A DNA stretch of 64,000 nt, from contig NC_043012.1 of NCBI RefSeq assembly GCF_006345805.1, positions 3,162,001-3,226,000 of the forward strand, in the 5' to 3' direction. Shown here piece by piece: positions 32,401 to 43,966 of this stretch. How positions within the stretch are numbered: position 1 is the stretch's first letter; each line of letters begins with the position of its first letter. The position numbers and the translations under genes were made by a program. The notes under the pieces are model-generated. The model did not search any database. It was not told where the DNA came from and saw only the letters and a program-made list of their open reading frames with translations. Source of the stretch: Octopus sinensis (Eukaryota).

Positions 32401-32995
32401 TGGCTCCCACCACAGCTAAGATAACCTTATCCGCTCCTCTCCCAGGCAGATGTCCTGACAAGAACTAGACGCCCATCACTCCCAAAGTGATCTTATGGTG
32501 CACTCATTCACTTTATTGAATACTTCCTTGTCCCTCTATGTTTTCTGTCATGTTAAACCAGTGGTTGTCAGCCAGGGCTCATTTGGCCCTTGGGTGGGGG
32601 GAGGGGGTGGGGGTCCATACAAGATTTTGTTGTTAAAATTTATGTGTGATAAATTGGTTATGGTTCTACAATACATAATCCTAATAATATTTAATCATAA
32701 AAATACAGTCGGATCTTTTTTATACGCATTGAATGGCTATGGTGGTCCAGTGGAGTTAAAATAGGAATCAACTGGATACATGGGGGGAAAAGTGGTTGAA
32801 AACCACCGTGTTAAATGAATGAATGAATGAATGTAAAGATTCCTCCTGAATAACAGGTTTGATGGAAATAGTAAGTTCACAAACCTGTTCTGCTACTTCA
32901 TGATAAATTGAAGCCAGTAGAGATGCCTAGTCTAAAGACACAGAAAATATCTGACTGTGAGATAAGCCGATAGTCTGACATCCAGTCCCAAACAT

Positions 32996-33055
<60 letters not shown>

Positions 33056-36000
33056 AGTGTGTGTGTGTATGCATACAAGCATGCGTGCATGCATGTATGT
33101 GTGTGTAGAAGGAGGAGGTGGAGCTAATCTGGAAAGAAATAAGATTACCCATGACTGTATTAGAACCTTCTGGAACTTAGCTGTTATTGGACAGTCCATA
33201 CTTTGAGTGATGGTACAAGTATCTGTGTATCTGTTGGTGATAGCTAATAAAAATTGGTGGAATATTTTTACACATTTTTTCTTCCATTATATATAATAAT
33301 AATGAAATTATTGTATACAGTGCTCAGGTGCACCACAACTTGTCAGAAAGTGCGTATAAAGCATATGCAGTAATGTACGAATGTCTGGAAAGTGAACAAT
33401 GTATGATTCAGATACATGCTTGCGTGTGTATGGAGGGGAGAAAATCAGGTGTAGTGTTGGTGATTCTCAGGAAGCATGGAAGTTTTGAAGGATGCAGTGC
33501 TCCGACAACTAACAACTGATGCTGGCAGTTTGTTCCGTGCTTCAGCAACTCTTAGCGTGAAAAAATGTTTCCTAAAGTCATGGGAGCAGTGCTGCTTTCT
33601 GACTTTGTAAATATGTCCATGGGTGTTAGACGGGTGGAGTTTGAAAAGGTGCTCAGAGTTATTGTTTGTAAGATGGTTAATAATTTTATGAATTTACATA
33701 TTCCTTATAAACTTGAAAATTTCATAGAAATAAACTAGATAGCAGGGAAGAGGATACAACATGTCCAGACTGTCACACTTGGCCACAGCATATTAGAGCA
33801 TGCTGTATAGTCTTCAGATAAATGGATGAATAGTACATCTAGAACAATAGCTTTATAAGTTATACTTAGTTGTTCAGTTGATTACCATAGATCTACACAA
33901 GCATTTTTAATACAATGACTTTAAAAGATGTAACTTGGTGCTAATTTACATAAGAAAAGAATTGATTAATTAATGAAGTTTTGTTATAATTTCTAATTGC
34001 AATTAGAATTCAGGAATTAATAAAAAATTTTTATAAATTATTTAATGAAATGATAATATTCTGTTGTAAATTCTATATGCTATTAGTATTTATATTAACT
34101 CAGAAACTTTGGGAATTTGAATTTGATTAAAAATATGCATTGAACTTCTGTTTTAATTTTTTTTTTTACTTCAGCGAAAAGTGATATATTTTCTGATATT
34201 CCAACGAGAGAAAGTGGGAAAATTGAAGTAAACTTTACTCCAAGAGTTTTTCCTACACCTGTCAGAGAATCGCAGACACCTCAAGAAGAAGAGGTAATGA
34301 AGGCTTATCTAATTATTAATTACCAATAATAAATTATCGTAGAAAATTAAGAGACATATATCATTTAATGAAACCCCCAGTGTCACCATGAAACAAGTAT
34401 AAATGTCATAGTTCACTTCACATTGGGTCTGGCCTAACCAAAGGCACCAAAGGGAAATAGGGGCATAGTGTGGAATCTCTTATTTTTTATTGCAGAACAT
34501 TCCATACCATTAATTACCATTTGGATTTTCCCAGTAGTTTAGGAGACTTTAGAAACAAAATCAGTGCAAATTTGTGTTAAAAAGGGAAATGATTTGAAAA
34601 GACTACTACTACTACTACTACTGCTGCTGCCACCACCACTACAATGACTACAGTGACTACTACTACTACTACTACTACTACAATAAGGCAGAATTATCAA
34701 AGCAGGACGCTGAACCTTTCAGGTGAGATGACAAAGTACTGAGGTACCTGGCACCTTGCTGTACTCAAGAAGACTTGTACTTCACAACAGAAATGTTAAG
34801 ACTGGTCCTTCTGGTGGTGCAAAACACTCGTGGTGGTGCCACATAAAAGCACCCATGTGGCACAACACAAAAGCACATGTGTGACACCATGTAAAAGTAC
34901 CCATGCAGCACTGCATAAAAGTGCATGTGGTAAGTAGCTTGCTTACCAACCACATGGTTCTGGGTTCAGTCCCACTGCATGGCACTTTGGGCAAGTGTCT
35001 ACTACTATAGCCTCAGGTCGACCAAAGCCTTGTGAGTGGATTTGGTAGACGGAAACGGAAAGAAGCCTGTCGTATATATATGTATATATATTTATGCGTG
35101 TGTGTATATGTTTGTGTGTCTGTTTTTGTCCCCCCAACATTGCTTGACAATCGATGCTGGTGTGTTTACGTCTCTGCAACTTAGCGGTTCGGCAAAAGAG
35201 ACCGATAGAATAAGTACTAGGCTTACAAAGAATAAGTCCTGGGGTTGATTTGCTCGACTAAAGGCGGTGCTCCAGCATGGCCGCTGTCAAATGACTGAAA
35301 CAAGTACAAGAGTAAAAGGTATCAACATGCAGGTTTTCTTTTATTCCCAATTGTAATGATGCAGTTGAGTTGTGGCACCATTACTAACTTACCTTTTCCA
35401 TAGATCTACTTTATCACCTTTTCAAAGCAAAACAAAAAAACTTTCTTGATAACCAGTTAATTAATAATTGTTTATTTTTAATAAAAATAATATGTCACAT
35501 GGTTTTTCTAATCAAAGTTCTTAGTTCATCATCATCATCGTTTAACGTCCGCTTTCCATGCTGGCATGGGTTGGACGATTTGACTGAGGACTGGCAAACC
35601 AGATGGCTGCACCAGGCTCCAATCTTGATCTGGCAGAGTTTCTACAGCTGGATGCCCTTCCTAACACCAACCATTCTGAGAGTGTAGTGGGTACTTTTAC
35701 GTGCCACCGGCACGAGGGCCCGTCAGGTGGTACTGGCAACAGCCACACTCAAATGGTGTTTTTTACATGTCACCTGCACTGGAGGCAGTCCAGCGGCACT
35801 GGCAACAACCTTGCTCGAATATTTTTTCACATGCCACCGGCACAAGTGCCAGTAAGGCAATGGTGGTAACGATCACACTCGAATGGTGCTGTTTACGTGC
35901 CACCTGCATGGAAGCCAATCTGTTGCCCTGGCAATGATCATGCTATATAAATTTATTGCTTTTTGTTACTTTTAATTAATTAATTATTTATTTATTTTCA

Positions 36001-39000
36001 TTCTACTTTTCATTCTGAATTCTTCTGACCAAAGTGGTTAAGGAAACAGGCTGAAGCCACTCGGATAAAGGAATTTATGACAAAGGATCTCACAGAAGAA
36101 GAGAAAAACCCTCTCTTTTTGAGGGATAAAGGAAAGTAAGTACCATCCAGTTCATTGCATTTCCTGTACATAACTGGTGGATCATAGAATCAGTAGAGCA
36201 TCAGATACAATACCTTGTGGTATCCTGCACCAATCATCTGCCTTGGTAGGGACTGAGATTAACAACTGTCATGTATTGAAGATGTCAGGCAACAGCTCCC
36301 TGTGTTATTGTTACTATTATTCCTACAGAAGGCGGAGGAAGAAAAGTGGACAAAAATACCTTGTGGTATTTAGTGGAATCCCTTTTCTATTTTGAGTTCA
36401 AATCCTGTCAGAGACAACTTTGTTCTTCTGTTGTTGATAATATAGTGCCCATCAAGTACTTAGTGATCAATATAATTAATTGTACCCCCTTTCACACACA
36501 TACAGACATAAATGATTATGACAGTGTGCCAAAGGTAAAAACTATTATTACCATCCTAAACACACACATAGAAAGATATTCAAGCAAATATGCACAATCA
36601 AATGATTTATGCTCACACATACTTATCCTAATACACACACACACACACACACACAAAATACATGCAGACAAACTTGCACAAGCAAGTATTTACACCAACA
36701 CATCCTTTCTTAGCCTAGCTGGTGTTGGTGTCATGCAAAAAGCATCCAGTACACTCTGTGAAGTGGCTGGCATAAGGAAGGGCATCAAATCATAGAAACC
36801 ATGTCAGAGCAGAGACTGGGGCTCAGTCCAGTCTTCTGTCAAAACATCCAACCCATGCCAACATGGAAGCTGAACGTTAAATGATGATGATGATACATCA
36901 CAATACCCACCCTATGACATTATCAATTATACTAATGCAGTCATTATGGTCCCGCCACCAGGATATTAGTGTTCTACTAACCTTCTTTTTAACAACCAAA
37001 AAATATTGTTTTATTAATGTCGTTGCTATTTTGCTGTTTCTATTCTAAAAATATATACTGTGGAGTCCTTGATGCTGTGCCACCAACTTTGGTTTTTTTT
37101 TTGTTACAGAGCCTTCACCATAAATATTTTATTCTCGGTTCCAATTATTCATTGTTCAAAGACAAATGGTCCCTTTATACATTGTGATTTCCTGTAATTC
37201 TGTAGGTGAAAAAAAAGATTAATTGCAAAACTGAACTGAATCTCATCATTCATCCTTTAAACTGCACACGCCTGGGTGTATAAGGGCAGTGTATGAGATG
37301 TTTTGGCACAGTCGTTTTGTCGCTACCAATTTGGCATCACTGATTCGATGCTGACTTATTTGACACCAGTTGTTTTAATGTTTCTTTATTTTAATTTCTC
37401 TCTCTCTCTCCCTCCCTCTCTCTGTTTATGTGTGTGAGCATATTTCTCTATTTGTTTGAAGAGAGGAAATGACTCTCTCTCTCTCTCTCTCTCTCTCTAC
37501 CTCTTCCCCGCTTTCTATCACTTTCTATCTGTATATTTCTATGTGTACATGTGTGTGTGTATGTGTGTGTGTGTGCACGTGTCTGTGTGTGAGAAGTAAA
37601 AAAAAACCTTGTATTCATCTTCCATTGAAGCTTTGCATTATTGGAGTGGTTCCCAACCTTGGGTCCATAGACTCAGGTGGTCTGCAAATGTAGTACTGGT
37701 AGTGTGTATATATATATATATATTTCCTTCGCCATGATAGATCACGAGCCACTACACATTCTTTATTTTCTTTCCTTGTTTCTTTCTGTGGAAGAGCATA
37801 GGTTCGAAACGTTAAAAACTTTTTCACTTCTCAATCGTTATACTAATACATCCATTTGTTGTCTACACCACCTGTCTTTGTCTGTTGTTTTTTTGTGAAT
37901 TCTCCATATATATATGTGTGTGTGTATATACACACACACCTAAGGATAAGCATATTAAAAGAGGTACATTGGAAAACTCATTTAAATAAAAGATGTTGGG
38001 AACTACTGTGAAAAGGTTGGCATCCACTGCTTTATTGTACGGCTTCCACTCCTAAAAAAAGAACAAAAACAAAAAGCATTCAGGCTTTTTGGTGTCAATA
38101 AAATATCAGTCAGGCTTTGGCATTGATTTAATATTTTTATCAAGCATTATTGATGTGAAAGAAAGAATAACAGAGGCTAGGATCTAAATAATTCAGTCAT
38201 TATGTTAAGACAGTATATTTAACATCCGTTTCATAGTTGAAATTGCCTGAAAATAATAATTTTTTTGTCTTTTTGTTTTTTTCAGTAAATTCTTCCAAGA
38301 TGGGAACTATTTGGCAGCCATTAATATATATACTCATGCTATTCAACTTGATTATAAAATGCCAGCGTATCTTTTAAAATATACCATTTAGGCCAGAAGT
38401 GGGAATGCGTTGGCAAGCAACTTTATGTCAACCAGCTGAATAGTCTTTCATTGAGTGCAATCTAGCTCTTTGTAAGTGTAGCAGTCGCACCATTCCAGAT
38501 GTGGGAGCAGTACTCAATTATGGGTCTTCCCTGAGCTTTGTAAAAGGTTGGTAATTGCCAGGAGATGACAGACTTTTCTGGCTCTGATGAGGAAAGTCAC
38601 ACTTTGTGATGCAGTTTTCGCTATGGTATGTTTTTATTAATTTATGTTGGTTTGGCCAGGAGGAAGTAGGATTCAATCATGATTTCCATTTTATATGGTT
38701 GGTGAGATTTGTGGTGAACATACTTCTTGAACAATTGCAAGTCATTGAGTTCCAGGTGGATCTGGGGAGAAAGGACTGGAGATAGTGATTAATGTGAGAC
38801 TTGGTGGATAGGTGGGTGAGTCACAGTATGAGTGATGAAAAGAGGAGAGATGAGAGGATCAGGAGTGCCTGAGTAGAGATGGTATGAAACCAGCCCCGTC
38901 TTTAAGGAGTAGGGGTCACTATATTTAGCAGTAGAAAATGCAGTGGTATGACATCTAGGCCAAAGGTGGGGGTGTGTTAGCAAGCAACTCCATGTCAGTC

Positions 39001-42000
39001 AATTCAGTAGTCTGTTGTCTTTCTTTCATTGCAATCTAGGACTTTGTAAGTGTCACAATTGCATTATCCCAGATGTAGGAGCAGTACTCAGTTGTGGGTC
39101 TCCTCCGAACTTTGTAGAGTGTTGTTAGTTATCAGATGATGAAGGACTTTTCTGGTTATGATGAGAAAAGTCTGACTTTGTAATGTAGTTTTTGGTATGT
39201 TAAGGATATGTGTGACATAGAGAAGGAAATGTCTAAGAGGATGGTGTCAACCACCTACCTAACTGTTTCTAATAGGTCAGGGGTCAAAGTTCCTGAGCTG
39301 CTAGTAGTGTTAAGTAAAGTAGAACTGGCAGAGATTTGATCAATCAACTGACTTGGGAGTGCCACTGGGACTGTGACGTGGGTGGTGGCATTTCGTAATT
39401 GAGTGGATATGTGGTGGGTAGTCACATCCAAGTTCTGATGATTTGATAGGTGCAGAGATGGTAATATTTTGGAAGTGCAAGGCAGTGAGCTGGCAGAATC
39501 ATTAGCATGCCAAACTAAATACTTAGCAGTATTTTGTCCATCTTTATGTTCTGAGTTCAAATGCTGCTGAGGTTGACCTTACCTTTCATCCTTTTGGGGG
39601 TCAATAAAATAAGTACCAGTTGAGCACAGGGGTCAAAGTAACTGACTTTACCCCATCCGCCAGACTTGCTGGCCTTGTGTACAAAATTTGAAACCAATAT
39701 TTTAGAAGTGTTTGGATTTGGCAGTAAAAAAGATATTGAGGATGTTTAGAGTGCTACCAACGCCAGAGAGATCATCTACAACATGACTAAAGAGTCTTGT
39801 ACACATCAAGATTTTTGGTTCTTTTCAGAGTTTCTGCTCCCTTAAATGGGTTGCCAGTGTGTAATTTGCAGAGCCTTCATCTCTCAGTAGTGAGTTCTCA
39901 GATGTTTTATATCAATATAATTATCTTAAGTTTGTTGTGTTTTTCCTTAATATTTTCTTCATGTTCAGTTTATATTCTAACCGAGCTGCTTGTCACCTTA
40001 AAGTAAAGAATTATATGAAATGTATTGAAGACAGTTCAAAGGTAATGCGTTCTTTGTTTTTTGGACATTATAAACACCAATTTGAGACAGAAAAGAGCAA
40101 TAGTTCCATTGATGAGATATGAAATACATATCTATCACTTGCTAGAGATGATATATACCAATATATACTCCCTCTAACTGTGATGATATACATCAATATA
40201 TCAATGCTGTATTGGTGCTCTAGTAATAATTACGTATGGAATATATTTATCATACAATATTGCTGTGTTATATTTCATGGTTATGATTATTTTTGGTGAA
40301 GGTGCCACATAAAAAGCAGTGGTGCTGGTGCCAGTACACCCTGTAAAGTGGCTGGTATTAGAAAGGGCATCCAGCTCTAGAAACCATGTCGAAACAGACG
40401 ATGAACCTGGTGCAGTTCCCATCCTTGTTAGCTCCTATCAAAACGTCCAACCCATGCCAGCATGAAAAATAGGCATTAAATGATGATTATGATGAAGATG
40501 ATGAAATGTCTAAATACCTGGGATGAAACGATGAATCTATGTTAATGAGATTCTAGTTCTTCAGTTTTATGCCTACATAGGTGCAGGGGTGGCTTTGTGA
40601 TACGAAGTTTGCTTTCCAACCACTTGGTTCTGATTTCAGTCCCACTGTGTGGCACCTTGGGCAAGTGTCTTCTACTATAGACTCAGGCTGAACAAAGCTT
40701 TGTGAGTGGATTTATTTGACAGAAACTGTAAGAAGCCCATCTCGTGTGTGTTTGGACTTGTGTTTGCTCCCCACCAATGCTTGACAACTGGTGTTGGTTG
40801 GTTTATGTTCTTGTAACATAATGGTTCAGCAAAAACCAACCCATAGAATAAATACTAGGCTTTAACAGAAAAATAAGTGCTGGGGTCAATTTGTTCAACT
40901 AAAACCCCTAAAGATAGTATCCCAGTACGGTTGCAGGCCAATGACTGAAACCAGCAAAAGACAAGAGGTTAAAAAACAACTACATTTTTTACTGGATCTC
41001 TTCACAGATTCAAATCTGGAATCTTTATTTCTAATCTGATGAAGACTTAATGTAGATTCTTTGTTATTTCCTATTCATTGAACAGGCTTTGGATCTACTC
41101 CTGCCTCCTGTACCTCAGAATGCCAGCAGCAGGTGCAGAGCTTTTGTGAGAAGAGGAACAGCGTTCTGTAAACTGGAGCTTTTTGTGGAAGGTAAATTAC
41201 AGCTCATTATTAATTTTATTCAAAATGTTTTAGAAAAACGTGTCTGTGATATCATTTTATATCATCATCATCATCATCATTAGCAGCAGCAGCAACAACA
41301 ACAACAACCACAACAACAGCAGCAGCACCAGCAGCAGCACCACCACCATCATAATCATCATGATCATCATCAGCAGCAGCACCATCATAATCATCACGAT
41401 CATCATCATCAGCAGCAACAATAGCATCATCATCATCATCATCATCATCAGCAACAACAGCAGCAACAACAGCATCATTAATATCAATGTCATCATCATC
41501 ATTGTTATTATTTAACCTCAGTTTTCCATGGTGGTACAGGTTGAATGGTTTTACAGAATCCAGCAAGCGCTGCAGGGCTGCATTGCACTCCAACGTTAGC
41601 TTAGGCATGGTTTCCTCAGTTAGACGCCTTTCCTAACATCAACCACTTTTGACACACACACACACATATGCATACACACACATTCATACACACACACACA
41701 TTCATACACACACACATATGCAAACATAAAATGAAAGAAGTGAACTAAACTGGGTGTGTATGACCAACAGAGCACAAGTGAGCTGATAGGAATCAAAATC
41801 AAATTCGATGACTGACATCCATGCTAGTGGACCGCTAAAAGTACCATCCAAGCGTGATCATTGCCAGAGCCACAAACTGGCCTCCGTGCTGGTGACATGT
41901 AAAAGGCACCATTCAAGTGTGATCGTTACCTGCGTTGCCTTACTGGCACTTGTGCCTGGCTCATAAGGGCTGGTTTCCTGGTTTCTGTGGCGTATAGGTT

Positions 42001-43886
42001 CCCCACCTGGATGGGACGCCGGTCCATCACAGGTGAGCTGCAAGATGCAGGAGGAAAGAGTGAAAGAAAGTTGTGGCAAAGGAGTCAGCAGAAGTTTGCC
42101 ATTACTTGCGGCCGGAGCTGCGTGGAGCTTAGGTGTTTCCCTCATAAACACTCACATCGCCCGGTCTGAGATTCGAACCTGCAATCCCTCGACCGCGAGT
42201 CCGTTGCTCTAACCTCTAGGCAGTGTGCCTCCACACAAGATTGATTATAATCTATCTTTATTCCTCTACCATTCGATTTTATCACTTTATCTCTCTTCTA
42301 TCAGTGCCCCCACCTGTCACTCTACTGCCTTCCACCATGTTGTTGGTATAATGAGGGTAGAAAAAAATTTATAGAGTTTATATCTATTTGTGTTAATAGT
42401 TTCATTTGTAGGCAACCTTATTTAAATCCAGTGTCGTCAGGTTTTAATGAGAATCATCTAGAGTTATCTCCCCTGTCACATCGTTAACAAGGTGACACTT
42501 GTTAGATATAAAAAGGCGTGCTCAGCCAAGTAACATCTTCTTCTCTTCTCCCACGCGGCCTCTACATCTCTGTTCCGGCTACGAGACAACCCCACGTCGA
42601 TTTGAATTTTTGTTAAATCCTCTATACTATTCATGGAAGGCGGCAAGACAAAAACCTTTTCTTATTCAACTTCCATTCTGTTCTGTTGAATGTTAATGCA
42701 CAAGCTGTGTAAAATGCTCTCATCCCAAATCGGAATAAAATACTCCATGTACAATAAAGTCTTCGGAAACTCATACGAATTGTTGTTGTTCCTCACTGGA
42801 TTAATTCCTACGGCTATCGAAGGAGACCGAATATTATATTAAATAGCAATATCACCCGGCGTTGCTCGGGTTTGTAAGGGAAATAACTATAAAGCATTTT
42901 TAGAGAATTATAGCCAAAAAATAGCAAAAAAATGCATTAAAAATGGAAAAAATATGATGGTAAATTTTTTTTAAATCGTTGACTCATCGTAGACATTTTA
43001 GAGAGTTACTTCCCTTTAAAAAAATATGCATTAAAATGAAAAAAAATGATGGTAAATTATTTGTAAAATCGTAGACTCATTGTAGACGCGCGCTAATACC
43101 CAGACGGGCTCGATATGAATCACGACTATAAGATACCCGGTTTTGGTTAAACTGCACCGCAAAATGTGGGAGTAGTTAGGAATCTAAATTGGAGTAGACA
43201 GACACACAACCTTTCTTTTATATATAAAGATTAGTGGGCTAAAAGCTCGCTAAACATTAATAATCACATTATCCGAGTTCCACAAGAACGAGAAAAGTAT
43301 CTCTGACCAATCAGATGCCAGGTTTTCATAGGCTTTCAGCTGCTAGGTTTCAGGGCTTTCATAGGCTCTCAATAATTTATGCTGATGCATAAGGCTTATT
43401 CTCATTGGCTTATTCAGATCATTTGGTGCAATCAACTGCTAGTGTTTGCTATCATCATCATCATCATCATCATCGTTTAACGTCCATTTTCTGTGCTGGC
43501 ACAAGTTGGACGGTTCGACCGGGGTCTGGGAAGCCAGGAGGCTGCACTAGGATCCAGTCTGATCTGGCAGTGTTTCTACAGCTGGATGCCCTTCCTAACG
43601 CCAACCACTCCATGAGTGTAGTGGGTGCTTTTTACGTGCCACCGGCATAGAAGCCAGTCAAGGCGGCGCTGGCAACGGCCACGTTCGGTTGGTGCTTTTT
43701 ACGCGCCACCGGCACATTTTACGTGCCAAGACTTATTTGGTTATTTGCTTTGTTTACTTGACTAATTATTGTTTCTGTATTTAAATTTCAGGTTTACAGG
43801 ACTATGAAGCTGCCCTGAAATTAGATCCCAGCAATGAACAACTTATCAAAGACGCTGAAGAGATACGGAAAGTGATTCAGAGTTGA
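22794..43886 (+). CDS. DNAAF4: Dynein axonemal assembly factor 4 (DNAAF4/DYX1C1), complete CDS, 393 aa; join(22794-22916,23707-23857,26256-26389,30225-30335,30992-31079,34175-34293,36035-36135,38286-38366,39969-40041,41086-41191,43792-43886)
   Basis: Eleven exons join in frame via GT-AG introns (1182 nt including TGA). N-terminal CS/p23 domain ([25 protein letters not shown]...[15 protein letters not shown]), coiled coil, [14 protein letters not shown] motif, and C-terminal TPRs ([51 protein letters not shown]), all characteristic of DNAAF4. Confidence 0.97.
23707..23857 (+). CDS. DNAAF4: DNAAF4 coding exon 2
   Basis: CTACAG|[17 protein letters not shown]...[11 protein letters not shown]|GTAATA (phase 1 is required by the next exon). 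Confidence 0.92.
24690..25050 (+). mobile_element. Helentron-like element, different family
   Basis: 5' ACTAGCACTAT...ATAGTGCTAGT hairpin; 3' TTTATATATATAGAT. Confidence 0.5.
26256..26389 (+). CDS. DNAAF4: DNAAF4 coding exon 3
   Basis: TTTCAG|(G)[22 protein letters not shown]...KYSLKKMMK|GTTAGT. Confidence 0.93.
28524..29035 (+). mobile_element. Helentron/DINE-1-like non-autonomous element
   Basis: 5' ACTAGCAGTATCGCCCGGCGTTGCTCGGG, 3' TTTTATATATATAGAT; a close relative lies at 42842-43231. Confidence 0.6.
29791..30011. mobile_element. piggyBac-type TTAA MITE, followed by a truncated second copy sharing the TTAA
   Basis: TTAA|CTCTTTAAGCATTCAGA ... AAATGCTAATGGG|TTAA; family also present at about 9672-9901, 32215-32310 and 1-115. 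Confidence 0.75.
30225..30335 (+). CDS. DNAAF4: DNAAF4 coding exon 4
   Basis: TTCAG|[37 protein letters not shown]|GTTCTT. Confidence 0.92.
30437..30580. repeat. 16-bp minisatellite, 9 perfect copies
   Basis: (CAAGTGGCACTCATTG)9. Confidence 0.95.
30992..31079 (+). CDS. DNAAF4: DNAAF4 coding exon 5
   Basis: Polypyrimidine tract plus TTCAG|[29 protein letters not shown]|GTAATT; phases 0/1 fit; this region is poorly conserved. Confidence 0.8.
31421..31458 (-). ncRNA. Degenerate hammerhead, same family as 49106-49143
   Basis: CTGT-CTGACGA-ACG(GGAA)CGT-GATA-CTC(T)GAG-TA-ACAG; the core GAAA is mutated to GATA. Confidence 0.65.
32559..32808. mobile_element. hAT-type MITE
   Basis: TIRs CAGTGGTTGTCAGCC / GGTTGAAAACCACCG; 8-bp TSD TGTTAAAC/TGTTAAAT. 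Confidence 0.8.
33290..33715 (-). mobile_element. CR1-type LINE 3' end
   Basis: The minus strand translates as [55 protein letters not shown], the typical CR1 ORF2 C-terminus, followed by a 3'UTR and an AT-rich tail. Confidence 0.8.
34175..34293 (+). CDS. DNAAF4: DNAAF4 coding exon 6
   Basis: TTCAG|...[29 protein letters not shown]|GTAATG. Confidence 0.95.
35525..35940 (-). mobile_element. SINE/LINE-tail family C ending in a (GAT)n tail (RTE-type 3' end)
   Basis: Recurrent GGAAGGGCATCCAGCTGTAGAAAC...CCAACCCATGCCAGCATGGAAAGCGGACGTTAAACGATGATG. Other copies at about 6575-7060(-), 26470-26710, 26810-27125, 31905-32215, 36715-36895, 40300-40500, 41490-41650(-), 43450-43730(-). Confidence 0.82.
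36035..36135 (+). CDS. DNAAF4: DNAAF4 coding exon 7
   Basis: CAAAG|[33 protein letters not shown]|GTAAGT. Confidence 0.95.
37644..38030. mobile_element. hAT-type MITE hosting a hammerhead-bearing insertion
   Basis: TIRs (C>G)AGTGGTTCCCAACCT / AGGTTGGGCATCCACTG; 8-bp TSD CATTATTG/CTTTATTG. Confidence 0.75.
37781..37818 (+). ncRNA. Variant minimal hammerhead (A6U core), homologue of 59741-59778
   Basis: TCTTT-CTGTGGA-A-GAGC(ATAG)GTTC-GAAA-CGT-T-AAAAA. Confidence 0.55.
38286..38366 (+). CDS. DNAAF4: DNAAF4 coding exon 8
   Basis: TTTCAG|[26 protein letters not shown]|GTATCT. Confidence 0.93.
38390..39460 (-). mobile_element. Two overlapping remnants of a non-LTR retrotransposon ORF2 3' region (Jockey/CR1 superclade)
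   Basis: The motif (F/L)YK...RP..EYCS(H/Y)IW appears twice (about 38470-38560 and 39040-39130), with a FxPRxxxxWN-like C-terminus between them. Confidence 0.65.
39969..40041 (+). CDS. DNAAF4: DNAAF4 coding exon 9
   Basis: GTTCAG|[24 protein letters not shown]|GTAATG. Confidence 0.95.
41086..41191 (+). CDS. DNAAF4: DNAAF4 coding exon 10
   Basis: AACAG|[35 protein letters not shown]|GTAAAT. Confidence 0.95.
41252..41512. repeat. Mixed (CAT/CAG/CAA)n trinucleotide tract in DNAAF4 intron 10
   Basis: Continuous trinucleotide array adjoining the tail of a family C element. Confidence 0.9.
42842..43231 (+). mobile_element. Helentron/DINE-1-like element, second copy
   Basis: Shares both ends and the internal block GTAGACGCGCGCTAATA.CCAGACGGGCTCGATATGAATCACGAC with 28524-29035. 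Confidence 0.6.
43792..43886 (+). CDS. DNAAF4: DNAAF4 coding exon 11 (terminal)
   Basis: TTTCAG|[31 protein letters not shown]; AATAAA at 43949 and 43961. Confidence 0.95.
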
Positions 43887-43948
43887 AATGGACAACTCAG
43901 TCCATTTCCTGTTTTATTGTAAATTCTTGTGAACCTGTTTTACACTTT

Positions 43949-43966
43949 AAATAAATTTCCAATAAA
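43949..43966 (+). promoter_or_regulatory. Candidate polyadenylation signals of DNAAF4
   Basis: Two AATAAA hexamers 63-80 nt after the stop codon. Confidence 0.55.

Noticed and set aside
36346-36795. 149-aa plus-strand ORF in DNAAF4 intron 7
   Set aside because: Spans a SINE B fragment, a (CA)n tract and a family C repeat; no recognisable domain
41036-41060. Additional CTGANGA hammerhead seeds (also 1870, 11652, 11733, 15390 minus, 29742 minus)
   Set aside because: No helix II followed by GAAA and no closing helix I
41240-41608. Poly-His/Gln/Asp/Met ORFs
   Set aside because: Translations of an intronic trinucleotide tract
42341-42838. Solo LTR (TATAAAA and AATAAA motifs present)
   Set aside because: No clear TG...CA termini or TSD; left unannotated
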